Shown here: piece after piece, positions 1 to 10,874 of the stretch
Position numbering within the stretch: the stretch's first letter is position 1
Layout: every line of letters starts with the position of its first letter
From: Usitatibacter sp.
Lineage (GTDB): Bacteria > Pseudomonadota > Gammaproteobacteria > Burkholderiales > Usitatibacteraceae
Reading direction: 5' to 3'
DNA length: 63,794 nt
Assembly (NCBI GenBank): GCA_035501715.1
Contig: DATJVS010000063.1
Location: 1-63,794 of the forward strand
Made by a program: the position numbers and the translations under genes
Notes under the pieces: generated by a model
Told to the model about the DNA's origin: nothing
What the model saw: only the letters and a program-made list of their open reading frames with translations
The model's database searches: none

Positions 1-2050
1 CGCCATCGTGTCCGGCTCGAAGAACTGGCCGGTGCCCGTGGGCGACCAGCTCACCACGATCGACGACCTGTGGCACGCGGCGGTGAACGGCCATGGCCAG
101 TACTTCAGCGCGAAGAACCCGGACCTCCTGGTGTCGGGCCTCAATACCGCGCTCGCCGGAGTCTCGGCGCGCCTCGCGGCCGGTGCCGCGGCGGCGACGT
201 CGAACCTGGAGCCGGTGGCGGGCGACAACTTCGCGTTCGTCGCGAGCTACACGACGCAGCAATGGACGGGCGACCTGCAGTCGCGCACCATCGACCTCAC
301 GACGGGCAACATCTCGACGACCGCCAATTGGTCGGCGCAGGCGCTGCTCGACACGGTCACGTCGGACTCGTCGGACTCGCGCACGATCTTCACGTACCTC
401 AACGGCGCCCTCACGCCGTTCGTGTCGGCGAACTTCAGCTCGACGCAGCTAGCCAACTGGTTCACTCCGGCCAACGCGCCGCAACTGTCGCAGTACGCGA
501 GCTGGACGGCGCTGCAGCAGACGACCGCCACGCCCGACACGGTGATCAACTACCTGCGCGGGCAATACGGCAACGAGGAGCGCGGCACCAACGCGGCGGC
601 CAACCAGCTCTACCGCGTGCGCGCGCACGTGCTGGGCGACATCATCGACGGCAAGCCGGTGTACATGCGCGTCCCGCCGTTCAACTACACCGAGAACAAC
701 TACGTGGCGTTCAAGACCTCGAGCGCGGTGCAGAACCGTCCGGGCACGGTGTACGTGGGCGCGAACGACGGCATGCTGCACGCCTTCGACTCGGCCACGG
801 GCGTGGAGCGCTGGGCGTACATCCCGTCCTTCGTCCTGCCGAACCTGAAGAACCTGCTGGACGACACCTACGCGAACAACCACAAGTACTTCGTGGACGG
901 CTCGCCGGTGGTGACGGACATCTGGAACGGCTCGGCGTGGAAGACGATCCTCGTGGGCGGCCTGGGCGGCGGCGGCAAGGGCTACTTCGCCCTGGACGTG
1001 ACCGACCCGACCAACCCGGCGGTCCTCTGGGAGTACTCCGACACCAACCTCGGCTACACGTACGGCAACCCGGTGGTGGGCAAGCTCACCGACGGCACCT
1101 GGGTGGTCGCATTCACCTCGGGCTACAACAACGTGGGCGACGGCGTGGGCCGCCTCTACGTGCTGAACGCCTGGACGGGGGCCTTCAAGTTCAGCGTCAG
1201 CACGGGCGTGGGCAGCGCGACTTCGCCGTCGGGCTTGAACAAGGTCGCGGCGTGGGTGGACAACGGCCTAGCCGACAACACCATGCAGCGCATCTACGGC
1301 GGCGACCAGTTCGGCAACCTCTGGCGCTTCGACATCAACAACCAGTACCCGCCCGCGGGGCAGGACGCGCTGCAGCTCGCCTTCTTCAAGGTGGGCACGT
1401 ACCAGCAGCCGATCACGACGCAGCCGGAGCTGGGACTGGTGAACGGCAAGCCCGTGGTGTACGTGGGAACGGGCCGGTACCTCGGAGCCTCCGACCTGCT
1501 CGACCTGAACCAGCAATCGCTCTACGCGATCGTGGACCAGCTCACGGGAACGGGCCTGGGAGATGCGCGCCAGGAGACCACCTGCCCGCTCGTGCACCAG
1601 TCGCTCACCGTCGTGAACTCGACGACGCGCTCGACCACGACGCTGCCGGTGGACCTGTCCAGCAAGTGCGGGTGGTACCTCGACTTCAACCCGACCGGCG
1701 GCAATACCGCGGGCGAGCGCGTGAACGTCGATCCCAAGCTGCAGCTGGGCGTGCTCGCGGTCGCGACCAACATCCCGCAGAACAACGTGTGCACTGTGGG
1801 CGGCACGAGCTTCCTGTACTTCTTCGACTACAGCACCGGAAGCTTCGTGAGCACCTCGACCAACAACGTGGCCGGCCAGCAGATCGGAAACGCGATCGCC
1901 GTGGGTATCAACACCTACCAGCTGCCGAGCGGCCAGGTGGTGTCGACGGTGACCACGTCGGACGACCAGCACCCGACGTTCGGCAACCCGAGCAACCCGA
2001 GCGGGGTGAGCATCGGGCGCCGCGTGATGTGGCGTGAGATGATCAACTGA
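1..2050 (+). CDS. pilY1: Type IV pilus tip adhesin PilY1/PilC, 5'-truncated by window edge
   Basis: Frame is open from the window start. PilC beta-propeller motifs: DDLWHAAVNGHG, LGDII, VYVGANDGMLHAF, YFVDGSP, GYFALDVTDP, YGGD..GNLWRFD, VGTGRYL, C-terminal RVMWRE. Confidence 0.9.
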   Translation, partial: AIVSGSKNWPVPVGDQLTTIDDLWHAAVNGHGQYFSAKNPDLLVSGLNTALAGVSARLAAGAAAATSNLEPVAGDNFAFVASYTTQQWTGDLQSRTIDLTTGNISTTANWSAQALLDTVTSDSSDSRTIFTYLNGALTPFVSANFSSTQLANWFTPANAPQLSQYASWTALQQTTATPDTVINYLRGQYGNEERGTNAAANQLYRVRAHVLGDIIDGKPVYMRVPPFNYTENNYVAFKTSSAVQNRPGTVYVGANDGMLHAFDSATGVERWAYIPSFVLPNLKNLLDDTYANNHKYFVDGSPVVTDIWNGSAWKTILVGGLGGGGKGYFALDVTDPTNPAVLWEYSDTNLGYTYGNPVVGKLTDGTWVVAFTSGYNNVGDGVGRLYVLNAWTGAFKFSVSTGVGSATSPSGLNKVAAWVDNGLADNTMQRIYGGDQFGNLWRFDINNQYPPAGQDALQLAFFKVGTYQQPITTQPELGLVNGKPVVYVGTGRYLGASDLLDLNQQSLYAIVDQLTGTGLGDARQETTCPLVHQSLTVVNSTTRSTTTLPVDLSSKCGWYLDFNPTGGNTAGERVNVDPKLQLGVLAVATNIPQNNVCTVGGTSFLYFFDYSTGSFVSTSTNNVAGQQIGNAIAVGINTYQLPSGQVVSTVTTSDDQHPTFGNPSNPSGVSIGRRVMWREMIN

Positions 2051-2067
2051 CGCAGCACGTGCAACGC

Positions 2068-2102
2068 AAGCGCCCGGCCCTCGCGCCGGGCGCTTTCTTT
2101 TT
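2068..2102 (+). terminator. Rho-independent terminator after pilY1
   Basis: Perfect 11-bp stem AAGCGCCCGGC/GCCGGGCGCTT with a 6-nt loop, followed by TCTTTTT. Confidence 0.85.
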
Positions 2103-2121
2103 CCGGGCAGGCGATTTCGAG

Positions 2122-2535
2122 ATGGGAAAGACATTGATCCGCGTGGTGGCCACCGCCGCCGTCGTCGCGGGCTTCGCAGGCGCGGCGCTGGCGATCGCAT
2201 CGGCCCACTACTTCGATTCGAGGGGGCTCGATCCGAGGCCCTATCCGCTCAAGGGCATCGAGCTCCCCCCGCCGCCCGCGAAGGCGGGCGTGGAGTACTA
2301 CGGCAAGCTCCGCCTCGACGTGTACATCGAAGCCGACGGGACCGTGAACCACGTGGAGATCGGGGAGAGCACCGTGCCGCCCGAGACGCGCGAGGCGGCG
2401 ATACGCGCGTTCTCGCAGGCGCGCTGGGAGCCGGGGCGCAAATGGGGCATTCGCGTGAAGAGCGTGAAGCGCGTGGAAGTGGACCTCACGCCGCCGCCGA
2501 ACCTACAGGCGCCCCCTATGCGGCAGGGCCCTTGA
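2122..2535 (+). CDS. TonB C-terminal domain family small protein
   Basis: ATG at 2122. N-terminal hydrophobic segment, short Pro run, then [17 protein letters not shown] and ARWEPG (TonB_C-like). Overlaps the ispH 3' end by 20 nt. Confidence 0.65.
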   Translation: MGKTLIRVVATAAVVAGFAGAALAIASAHYFDSRGLDPRPYPLKGIELPPPPAKAGVEYYGKLRLDVYIEADGTVNHVEIGESTVPPETREAAIRAFSQARWEPGRKWGIRVKSVKRVEVDLTPPPNLQAPPMRQGP

Positions 2536-3478
2536 TGCCCTTCGGCAGGGGGAACGTCACGTGCTCCTCGATGCCTTCGAGCTCGTGCACGCGGCGAACG
2601 CCCAGGGATTGCAGGCGCAGGATCACTTCGTGCACGAGCACCTCCGGCGCGGAAGCGCCGGCGGTCACGCCGATGCGCTTCGCGCCCTCGATCCACTCGG
2701 CCTTCAGCTCTTCGGCGCTGTCCACGAGATAGGCCGCGCGGCCGAGGTTGCGCGCGACTTCGCGCAGGCGATTGGAGTTCGAGCTGTTGGGCGAGCCCAC
2801 GACGATGACCACGTCGCATTGGGGCGCCATGAATTTCACCGCATCCTGGCGGTTCTGCGTGGCGTAGCAGATGTCGTCGGCCTTCGGCCCCTGGATCGCC
2901 GGGAAGCGCGCCTTCAACGCCGTGACGATGCGCGCGCAGTCGTCCATGGACAGCGTGGTCTGCGTCACGTAGGCGAGGCGCCCGGGATCCGTCACGGAGA
3001 GCTTCGCCACGTCCTCGACGTTCTCGACCAGGTACATGCCCGCGTCGCTCTGGCCCATGGTGCCTTCGGCCTCGGGGTGGCCTTCGTGGCCGATCATCAC
3101 GATCTCGCGGCCGGCGGCGCGCATCTTCGCCACTTCCACGTGGACCTTGGTGACGAGCGGGCAGGTGGCGTCGAACACCTTGAGGCCGCGCTGGTCGGCT
3201 TCACGGCGCACCTCGAGCGAGACGCCGTGCGCGGAGAAGATCACCGTGGCGCCCGCGGGGACCTCGGAGAGCTCCTCGACGAAGACCGCACCCTTGGCGC
3301 GAAGGTCCTCGACCACGTACTTGTTGTGCACGATCTCGTGGCGCACGTAGATCGGCGCGCCGTGCAGCTCGAGGGCGCGCTCCACGATGGCGATGGCGCG
3401 ATCGACGCCCGCGCAGAAGCCGCGCGGCTTCGCGAGCAGGACCTCCGCGTTCTCGAGCGCTTGCGCAGTGTGGTTCAT
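2516..3478 (-). CDS. ispH: 4-hydroxy-3-methylbut-2-enyl diphosphate reductase
   Basis: Start re-picked at ATG 3478 (MNHTAQ). Motifs [48 protein letters not shown]. Confidence 0.97.
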   Translation of the reverse strand: MNHTAQALENAEVLLAKPRGFCAGVDRAIAIVERALELHGAPIYVRHEIVHNKYVVEDLRAKGAVFVEELSEVPAGATVIFSAHGVSLEVRREADQRGLKVFDATCPLVTKVHVEVAKMRAAGREIVMIGHEGHPEAEGTMGQSDAGMYLVENVEDVAKLSVTDPGRLAYVTQTTLSMDDCARIVTALKARFPAIQGPKADDICYATQNRQDAVKFMAPQCDVVIVVGSPNSSNSNRLREVARNLGRAAYLVDSAEELKAEWIEGAKRIGVTAGASAPEVLVHEVILRLQSLGVRRVHELEGIEEHVTFPLPKGIKGPAA

Positions 3479-3972
3479 GGCTTCTCCTGGCCCAGCTTGC
3501 CCGCCCGGGGACGCACGCTGTCCCAGACGAGCATGGCCACTCCCACCGTGATGGCGGAGTCGGCGACGTTGAACGCGGGCCAATAGTATCCCGCCGCGTG
3601 CAGTTGGACGAAGTCCACGACGTGGCCCAGCGTGAGGCGGTCGTAGAGATTTCCGAGCGCCCCGCCCAGCACGAGGGCGAACGCGGCCGAGACCCACGGC
3701 GCGCTCTTCTGGCGCGAGAGCATCACGACGATGGCGATCGAGATCGCGACGGTCACGGCGGTGAAGAACCAGCGCTGCCATCCGCCCGCGCCCGCGAGGA
3801 AGCTGAACGCGGCTCCGGTGTTGTGCGCGAGCACGAGGTTGAAGAACGGCGTCACCTCGACGGAATCGCCCACGGCGAACACGCGGCTCACCCACGCCTT
3901 GGTGGCGAGGTCGGCGGCGAACACCGCCGCGCTCACGGCGAGCCAACGCGTCCAGCGCGCGGATTCACGCAT
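3475..3972 (-). CDS. lspA: Lipoprotein signal peptidase II
   Basis: Motifs [29 protein letters not shown]. Sits in the ileS-lspA-ispH order. Confidence 0.96.
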   Translation of the reverse strand: MRESARWTRWLAVSAAVFAADLATKAWVSRVFAVGDSVEVTPFFNLVLAHNTGAAFSFLAGAGGWQRWFFTAVTVAISIAIVVMLSRQKSAPWVSAAFALVLGGALGNLYDRLTLGHVVDFVQLHAAGYYWPAFNVADSAITVGVAMLVWDSVRPRAGKLGQEKP

Positions 3973-6766
3973 GGCGGCGCGCCTCCTCGTGCCCGTCGAG
4001 CGTGGCGGCGCAGCGAGCGCAGATCGCCGCGTAGCGCGGCACGCTTCCCACGTCGGCGCGCCAATGCCAGCAGCGCTCGCACTTGGGGTCGGCGCTGGGA
4101 GCGACCGCGACCTCCACCGGCCCGGCCTGTCCGGCGTTCAGCGCCGCGCTCGACGTGATGAACACGTACTTCAGGTCGTTGCCGAGCGAGGCAAGGAGCG
4201 CCTGGTCCTCGCCGCCCGCGGTCACGGCGACGTTGGCCTGCAGCGACGAGCCGATGGCCCCGGTGGCGCGCACTTCCTCGAGCTTCTTCGTCACCTCGGC
4301 GCGGATCTCGCGGATGCGCTTCCACCTCGCGAGGAGCGCGGCCTCGCCTTCCTGCCCCGGAAGCACGCCGTGCCACGTGTGGAAGAAGACGCTGTCCTGC
4401 GCCTGGCCCGCCTTTGCCGGATGCAGCACGGCCCACGCTTCCTCCGCGGTGAACGAGAGGACCGGCGCCATGAGGCGAAGCAGCATCTGCGTCACGTGGT
4501 ACAGGGCCGATTGCGCCGAGCGGCGCGCGGGGCCGGAGGCGCTCGCGGTGTAGAGGCGGTCCTTGAGGATGTCGAGCCAGAACCCGCCCAGGTCCTCGGA
4601 GCAGAAGACCTGCAGGCGTTGCGTCACGAGATAGAAATCGAACTTGCCGTAGTCGGCGATGCAGGCATCGGCCATCGCGCGCGTCATCGCGAGCGCGTAG
4701 CGGTCGATCTCGACCCACTCGGACGGCGGCAACAAGTCCTTCGACGGATCGAAGTCCGCGGTGTTGGCGAGGAGGAACCGCAGCGTGTTGCGGATGCGCC
4801 GGTAGCTTTCCACGACGCGCTTCAAGATCTCGTCGGAGATGTAGAGCTCTCCGGAGAAATCCGTCGTCCCGACCCACAGGCGGATGATCTCGGCGCCCAG
4901 CGTGTCCGCGATCTTCTGCGGCGCGATCACGTTGCCCAGCGACTTGGACATCTTGCGCCCCTGGGCGTCCACGGTGAAGCCGTGCGTGAGGAGCGCGTCG
5001 TACGGCGCGCGGCCGTCCATGGCGCAGCCCGTGAGCAGGCTCGACTGGAACCAGCCGCGGTGCTGGTCGCTGCCCTCGAGGTAGAGGTCCGCGGGCCACT
5101 TCTCGCCGTTGCGCCGCAGCACCGTGAAGTGCGTCGTGCCCGAGTCGAACCACACGTCCACCGTGTCGCTGATCTTGCGGTAGCGCGCGGCGTCCACGCC
5201 GAAGTCCTCGCAGCTCGCGGCGAACCACGCTTCGATGCCGCCCTTCTCGATCATCGCCGCGGCTTTCTCGAGGAGCGCCTCGGTGTCGGGATGCAATTCT
5301 TCCGTCTGCCGGTCGAGGAAGAACGTGAGGGGCGTGCCCCAGTTGCGCTGGCGCGAGAGCGTCCAGTCGGGGCGGTTCTGGATCATCGCGGTGATGCGCG
5401 CGCGTCCCCACTCGGGATAGAAGCGCGTGTCGCCGATGGCAGCGAGCGCGATCTCGCGCAGCGTCTTGCCGCTCGCGGTCGGGCGGTCCATGCCGATGAA
5501 CCACTGCGTGGTGGCGCGGAAGATGATCGGCGTCTTGTGGCGCCAGCAGTGCGGATAGCTGTGGCGGAACGGCTCCTGCTTGAGCAACGCGCCTTTCGAC
5601 GCGAGCAGCTCGAGTATGGGTCTTTCGGCGTCGCGCACGCTCATGCCGGCGAAATGCGCGACGTCGGGCTTGTAGCGGCCCTGGTCGTCCACGGGCTGGT
5701 CGAGCGCGAGCTTGTTCTTCACGCCCATGTCGAAGTCCTCCGCGCCATGCGCCGGCGCGGTGTGCACGAGGCCCGTGCCCGATTCGGTGGTCACGTGCTC
5801 GCCCAGCACGAGCGGCACCACGCGATCGATGAAGGGATGGCGGAAGCGAATGCCCTCGAGCGCGGCGCCGTTCGCGCGGCCCAGCACGCCTCGCGCCGCG
5901 AGGCCGTATCGCGCGAGGCACGCCTCGCGAAGCTCCGCCGCGAGGATCAGCGCGCCGCGCTCGGTATCGACGAGCTCGTACTCGACGGCCGGATGCGCGG
6001 CGATCGCCTGGTTGCCCGGCAACGTCCACGGCGTGGTGGTCCAGATCACCGCCGCGGCCTTCGCCACGCCCTTGGCTCCGAAGGCGCGCGCCACCGCGGC
6101 GGGATCGACGGCTTCGAACGCGACGTCGATCGCGGGCGAGGTCTTGTCCTCGTACTCGACCTCGGCCTCGGCGAGCGCGGAGCCGCAGTCGATGCACCAG
6201 TTCACGGGCTTGAGGCCCCGATAGAGCAATCCCGTCTTGAGGATGCGGCCGATCGCGCGCACCTCGGACGCTTCCGTCGCGGGGTCCATCGTCTTGTAGG
6301 GATGGTCCCAGTCGCCGAGGATGCCCAGCCGCCGGAAATCGGTCTTCTGCCGCTCGATCTGCTCGCCCGCGTATTCGCGGCAGAGCTGCCGCTGGCGGTT
6401 GGGCTCGAGGTTGCGCCCGTGTTTCTTCTCGATCACGTGCTCGATCGGAAGCCCGTGGCAGTCCCAACCGGGCACGTAGGGCGCGTCGAATCCGGCCATT
6501 GTCTTCGACTTCACCACCATGTCCTTCAGGATCTTGTTGCCCGCGTGCCCCATGTGGATGTCGCCGTTGGCGTACGGGGGGCCGTCGTGCAGGACGTACT
6601 TCACGCGGCCGCGGCACGCCTCGCGAATGCGCTCGTACACCTGCGTGTCGTGCCATGCGCGCACCCATCCCGGCTCGCGCTTGGCGAGGTCGCCGCGCAT
6701 GGGGAACGGCGTCTCGGGAAGGTTCAGCGTCGCTTTGTAGTCGGTCTTCTTCGTGTCGTCCGGCAT
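3965..6766 (-). CDS. ileS: Isoleucine--tRNA ligase
   Basis: Start ATG 6766 (MPDDTKK). Motifs [51 protein letters not shown]-terminal KCERCW zinc finger. Confidence 0.98.
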   Translation of the reverse strand: MPDDTKKTDYKATLNLPETPFPMRGDLAKREPGWVRAWHDTQVYERIREACRGRVKYVLHDGPPYANGDIHMGHAGNKILKDMVVKSKTMAGFDAPYVPGWDCHGLPIEHVIEKKHGRNLEPNRQRQLCREYAGEQIERQKTDFRRLGILGDWDHPYKTMDPATEASEVRAIGRILKTGLLYRGLKPVNWCIDCGSALAEAEVEYEDKTSPAIDVAFEAVDPAAVARAFGAKGVAKAAAVIWTTTPWTLPGNQAIAAHPAVEYELVDTERGALILAAELREACLARYGLAARGVLGRANGAALEGIRFRHPFIDRVVPLVLGEHVTTESGTGLVHTAPAHGAEDFDMGVKNKLALDQPVDDQGRYKPDVAHFAGMSVRDAERPILELLASKGALLKQEPFRHSYPHCWRHKTPIIFRATTQWFIGMDRPTASGKTLREIALAAIGDTRFYPEWGRARITAMIQNRPDWTLSRQRNWGTPLTFFLDRQTEELHPDTEALLEKAAAMIEKGGIEAWFAASCEDFGVDAARYRKISDTVDVWFDSGTTHFTVLRRNGEKWPADLYLEGSDQHRGWFQSSLLTGCAMDGRAPYDALLTHGFTVDAQGRKMSKSLGNVIAPQKIADTLGAEIIRLWVGTTDFSGELYISDEILKRVVESYRRIRNTLRFLLANTADFDPSKDLLPPSEWVEIDRYALAMTRAMADACIADYGKFDFYLVTQRLQVFCSEDLGGFWLDILKDRLYTASASGPARRSAQSALYHVTQMLLRLMAPVLSFTAEEAWAVLHPAKAGQAQDSVFFHTWHGVLPGQEGEAALLARWKRIREIRAEVTKKLEEVRATGAIGSSLQANVAVTAGGEDQALLASLGNDLKYVFITSSAALNAGQAGPVEVAVAPSADPKCERCWHWRADVGSVPRYAAICARCAATLDGHEEARRHA

Positions 6767-7689
6767 CAAGTCCCCAGGCTGCGAAAGTGCTCGCGCGCGG
6801 CGTCGCAATCGCGGCGGATCTGCGCGGCAAGCTCGTCGACTGAAGCGAAATCCGCTTCGTCGCGCAGCTTCTTCACGAACTCGATGGTGAGGCGCCGTCC
6901 GTAGAGGTCGCCGGAGAAGTCGAAGAGAAACGCTTCGAGCGTGGCCGGGCCGTCTTTCCTGATGGCCGGGTTCATTCCCAGGCTCGCCACTCCCTCGAGT
7001 CCGCGAGTTGCTGCACCGAAGCATTTTACCGCAAAGATGCCAGTGAGCGGGGCGCGCGGCCGCGCGAGGCGGACGTTCGCCGTGGGGAATCCCATCGAGC
7101 GCCCGCGTTTCGCGCCGTGCACGACATGGCCGCAGATCGCGTAGGGGCGGCCGAGCAGGCGCGCCGCATGGGCGAGGTCGCCGCCCGCGAGGGCTTCGCG
7201 AACCGCGGTGCTCGATACGCGCTCGCCGAGCACGGTGACGGGAGGCAGCACCTCGAGCTCGAATCCCAGCGCGCGCGCCGCCGCGGCGAGGCTCGCGGTG
7301 TCGCCCTTGCGTTGCGCCCCGTAGCGGAAATCCTGTCCCGTCATGACCCAGCGCGCGCGATAGGTGTCGCGAAGGCGCAGGGCGAATTCGTCGGGCGTGA
7401 GCGCGGCGAATCGAGCGTCGAAGCGCTGCGCGAAGACGCACTCGATCCCGGCCTCGCCGATCGCGGCGATCTTCTCGCCCAGGCTCGAAAGGCGCGCGGG
7501 CGCGTTGGCCGGCGAGAAGAACTCGCGCGGCAGCGGCTCGAAGGTGAGGACCGAGGGCGTGAGCCCGCGCCGGCGCGCGCGATCGCACACGCTCGCGAAC
7601 ATCGCGCGGTGCCCGAGGTGGACTCCGTCGAAGCTGCCGATGGCGATGGCCGTGTCGGCAGCGGAACGCGAATGGCGCACGACCCTCAT
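6766..7689 (-). CDS. ribF: Bifunctional riboflavin kinase/FAD synthetase
   Basis: Motifs [36 protein letters not shown]. Stop overlaps the ileS ATG (TGATG). Confidence 0.96.
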   Translation of the reverse strand: MRVVRHSRSAADTAIAIGSFDGVHLGHRAMFASVCDRARRRGLTPSVLTFEPLPREFFSPANAPARLSSLGEKIAAIGEAGIECVFAQRFDARFAALTPDEFALRLRDTYRARWVMTGQDFRYGAQRKGDTASLAAAARALGFELEVLPPVTVLGERVSSTAVREALAGGDLAHAARLLGRPYAICGHVVHGAKRGRSMGFPTANVRLARPRAPLTGIFAVKCFGAATRGLEGVASLGMNPAIRKDGPATLEAFLFDFSGDLYGRRLTIEFVKKLRDEADFASVDELAAQIRRDCDAAREHFRSLGT

Positions 7690-7696
7690 GGCGTCC

Positions 7697-9229
7697 TCAC
7701 TCGTGGCGCGAGAAATCGCGCGGGCGAAAGCCCATCGCCGCGAGCGCGCCGAAGTAGGCCACGGTGCCCGCGGCGATCACGAGGGCGAGCTTGCCCGCGC
7801 GCGGGACCGCGGCGATCTCGAACCACGACGACTCGCTGCCCATGGCGTACCAGAGCGCTCCTCCCATCATGTAGAGAGCGATTCCCACCTTGTAGAGGAA
7901 CGCGGGCCAGCCGGGCTCGGGCCGGTAGGCGCCCGAACGCCTCGCGAGCCGCCAGAGCCACGTCGCGTTGAAACAGGCGCCCATGGAAATCGAGAGCGCG
8001 AGTCCCGCGTGGCCGAGGTAGGGCACGAACAGCGCGTTGAGCGCCTGCGTGACCGCGAGCGTGACGACGGCGACCTTCACCGGCGTGCGGATGTCCTGCT
8101 TCGCGTAGAAGCCGGGCGCGAGGATCTTCACGAGGATGATGCCCGCGAGGCCCACGGCGTAGGCCACGAGCGCGCTTCGCGTCATCAGCACGTCGTGGCG
8201 CAGGAACTCGCCGTGCCAGAAGAGCGTGGAGATGAGCGGCACCGCGAGGATGCCCAGGGCGAGCGCCGCGGGCAGCGCCAGCACCAGCGTCACGCGAAGG
8301 CCCCAGTCGAGCAGCCGCGAATAGGCGGCCGGGTCGTCGGCCGCGTGGTGGCGCACGAGCGACGGAAGGATCACCGTGCCCAGGGCCACGCCCAGCATCG
8401 CCGAGGGAAATTCCATCAGCCGGTCGGCGTAGTAGAGCCACGAGACGGGACCGTTGCCCAGGTGCGAAGCGATCTGCGTGTTGATGAGGAGCGAGACCTG
8501 CGCCACGGAAACGCCCAGCGCCGCGGGGCCCATGAGCTTCACGATGCGCACCACGCCTTCGTCGCGCGGCGCCCAGGCGATGCGCGGCCACATGCCGATG
8601 CCGCGCAGGAACGGCACCTGGAAGGCGAGCTGCGCGATGCCCCCGAGGAACACCGCCCAGGCGAGCGCCACGATGGGCTTTTCCATGTGGGGCGCGAGCC
8701 ACACCGCGCACGCGATGAACGAGACGTTGAGCAGCACCGGCGTGATGGCGGGCGCCTTGAACGATCCGTACGTATTGAGCAGACCCGCCGAGAACGACAC
8801 CAGCGAGATGAAGAAGATGTACGGAAAGCAGATCCGCACCATCGCCACGGTGAGCGAGAACTTGTCCGCGTCGGCCGCGAATCCCGAGGCGCTGAGATAC
8901 ACCACGGCGGGCGCGGCCACGACGCCGGCGAGCGTCACCACGAAGAGCGCGGCCGCGAGCAGCGCGAGCACCTTGCCCGAGAGCTCCCGCGTGGCCTCGT
9001 CGCCGCGGCGGTTGCGGTATTCGCCGAGCACGGGAACGAAAGCCTGCGAGAACGCGCCCTCGGCGAAGAGCCGCCGCAGCAGGTTGGGAATGCGGAACGC
9101 GACGACGAACGCGTCCATCGTGTAGCCCGCGCCGAAGAAGATCGCGAGCAGCGTGTCGCGAACGAAGCCGGTGATTCGCGACGCGAGCGTCATCGCGCTC
9201 ACCGACGCGGCCGCGCGAAGGAGATTCAC
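7697..9229 (-). CDS. murJ: Lipid II flippase MurJ (MviN)
   Basis: GTG start at 9229. Motifs [47 protein letters not shown]. Divergent from rpsT. Confidence 0.96.
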   Translation of the reverse strand: MNLLRAAASVSAMTLASRITGFVRDTLLAIFFGAGYTMDAFVVAFRIPNLLRRLFAEGAFSQAFVPVLGEYRNRRGDEATRELSGKVLALLAAALFVVTLAGVVAAPAVVYLSASGFAADADKFSLTVAMVRICFPYIFFISLVSFSAGLLNTYGSFKAPAITPVLLNVSFIACAVWLAPHMEKPIVALAWAVFLGGIAQLAFQVPFLRGIGMWPRIAWAPRDEGVVRIVKLMGPAALGVSVAQVSLLINTQIASHLGNGPVSWLYYADRLMEFPSAMLGVALGTVILPSLVRHHAADDPAAYSRLLDWGLRVTLVLALPAALALGILAVPLISTLFWHGEFLRHDVLMTRSALVAYAVGLAGIILVKILAPGFYAKQDIRTPVKVAVVTLAVTQALNALFVPYLGHAGLALSISMGACFNATWLWRLARRSGAYRPEPGWPAFLYKVGIALYMMGGALWYAMGSESSWFEIAAVPRAGKLALVIAAGTVAYFGALAAMGFRPRDFSRHE

Positions 9230-9241
9230 CGGCCTAGGGCT

Positions 9242-9271
9242 TTGTTTTGTATGGACAAGTGGTGTATGATA
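9242..9271. promoter_or_regulatory. Putative bidirectional sigma70 promoter for rpsT and murJ
   Basis: + strand TTGTTT(9242)-17 nt-TATGAT(9265-9270). The overlapping minus-strand hexamer is TATCAT (9271-9266). Confidence 0.5.
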
Positions 9272-9313
9272 ACAGGCTCTTTTTCGACCACCGACTCCGA
9301 CCGAAAGCTTCGA

Positions 9314-9589
9314 ATGGCAAATACCAAGCAGGCCGCAAAGCGCGCCAAGAAATCCACCAAGCAACGCGCCTCCAACGCGGGCCTGCGCACCAAGCTGCGC
9401 ACCGCGATCAAGAAGGTGCAGAAGGCCATCGCCTCGGGCGACGCGGCCGCGGCGCGCGCGGCGCTGCTCGCCGAGCAATCCGTCATCGATTCGATCGCGG
9501 ACAAGCGCATCATCCACAAGAACAAGGCGGCGCGTCACAAGAGCCGCCTCGCGGCCCAGGTGAAGTCCATGGGCGGCGCCCGTACCTGA
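9314..9589 (+). CDS. rpsT: 30S ribosomal protein S20
   Basis: ATG 9314: [11 protein letters not shown]...RTAIKK...[14 protein letters not shown]. Confidence 0.97.
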   Translation: MANTKQAAKRAKKSTKQRASNAGLRTKLRTAIKKVQKAIASGDAAAARAALLAEQSVIDSIADKRIIHKNKAARHKSRLAAQVKSMGGART

Positions 9590-9610
9590 TAGGTCCGCTG
9601 CACCGGCCGG

Positions 9611-9639
9611 CGGCGGCCAATGGCCGCCGTTGTCGTTTT
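9611..9639 (+). terminator. Probable terminator after rpsT
   Basis: Stem CGGCGGCC/GGCCGCCG with loop AAT, then an interrupted U-tract TTGTCGTTTT. Confidence 0.55.
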
Positions 9640-9674
9640 GGGGGTCCCGAATTGTTGCAATTGGGAGACGAAGC

Positions 9675-10874
9675 ATGAGCGCGACGCACCTGATGCAGAC
9701 GTATGCCCCGCAACCCGTGGCGTTCGCGCGCGGCGAGGGCGCGTGGCTCTGGGACACCGAGGGGCGCCGCTACCTCGACGGGCTCGCCGGCATCGCCGTG
9801 AACGGGCTTGGGCACAACCATCCGGTGCTCACCAAGGCGCTCCAGGCGCAGGTCGCGAAGCTGATCCACACCTCGAACCTCTTCCGCGTGCCCGAGCAGG
9901 AACGCGCCGCCGAGAAGGTGTGCGCGATCGCCGGCATGGACAATGCGTTCTTCTGCAACTCGGGCGCCGAGGCGAACGAGGCGGCGATCAAGCTTGCGCG
10001 CCTCCATGGCCACCAGCGCGGCATCGAGAACGCGCAGATCGTCGTGATGGAGAAGGCGTGGCACGGCCGCACGCTCGCCACGCTCTCGGCCACGGGGTCG
10101 CGCAAGGCCCAGGCCGGATTCGAGCCGCTCATGGGCGGGTTCCTGCGCGTGCCCTACAACGACTTCGCCGCCATGGAGCGGCTCGCCGACAACGGCTCCA
10201 TCGTGGCGGTGCTCCTCGAGGTGCTGCAGGGCGAGGGCGGCATCCACGTCGCCGACGCAACGTACCTTCGCAAGGTGCGGGAGCTGTGCGACAAGCGCGG
10301 CTGGCTCCTCATGATCGACGAAGTGCAAAGCGGCATCGGGCGCACCGGCAAGTGGTTCGCGCACCAGTGGTCGGGCATCGTTCCCGACGTGATGCCGCTC
10401 GCCAAGGGCCTGGGCTCGGGCGTGCCCATCGGCGCGTGCCTCGCTCGAGGCGAGGCGGCGAAGGTCTTCAAGCCGGGCAACCACGGAACCACGTTCGGCG
10501 GCGGCCCGCTCGTTTCGGTCGCGGCGATCACCACGCTGGACGTGATCGAGAAGGAGGGCCTGCTCGCCAACGCGGCGAAGACGGGCGCCATCATCAAGGA
10601 CGGCCTCGCGCGCGAGTTCTCGGGCGTGGCGGGCGTGAAGGAGATTCGCGGCATGGGCCTCATGCTCGGCATCGAGCTGGACCGTCCCTGCGGCGACATC
10701 GTGCGCCGCGCGCTCGAAGCCGGCCTCGTGATCAACGTGACCGCCGACAAGGTCGTGCGCCTGCTTCCGCCGCTGGTGATCCGGGAAGACGAGGCGAGGC
10801 AGCTCGTGTCGATCCTCGCGCCCATCGTGAAGGCTTTCCTCGCCGAGGCGCCCGCCGCGGCCGCAGCCGAGTGA
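9675..10874 (+). CDS. argD: Acetylornithine aminotransferase (class III PLP)
   Basis: ATG 9675 after GGGAG. Motifs FCNSGAEANEAAIK, HGRT, IDEVQSG, LAKGLG, HGTTFGG. Upstream of argF. Confidence 0.92.
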   Translation: MSATHLMQTYAPQPVAFARGEGAWLWDTEGRRYLDGLAGIAVNGLGHNHPVLTKALQAQVAKLIHTSNLFRVPEQERAAEKVCAIAGMDNAFFCNSGAEANEAAIKLARLHGHQRGIENAQIVVMEKAWHGRTLATLSATGSRKAQAGFEPLMGGFLRVPYNDFAAMERLADNGSIVAVLLEVLQGEGGIHVADATYLRKVRELCDKRGWLLMIDEVQSGIGRTGKWFAHQWSGIVPDVMPLAKGLGSGVPIGACLARGEAAKVFKPGNHGTTFGGGPLVSVAAITTLDVIEKEGLLANAAKTGAIIKDGLAREFSGVAGVKEIRGMGLMLGIELDRPCGDIVRRALEAGLVINVTADKVVRLLPPLVIREDEARQLVSILAPIVKAFLAEAPAAAAAE

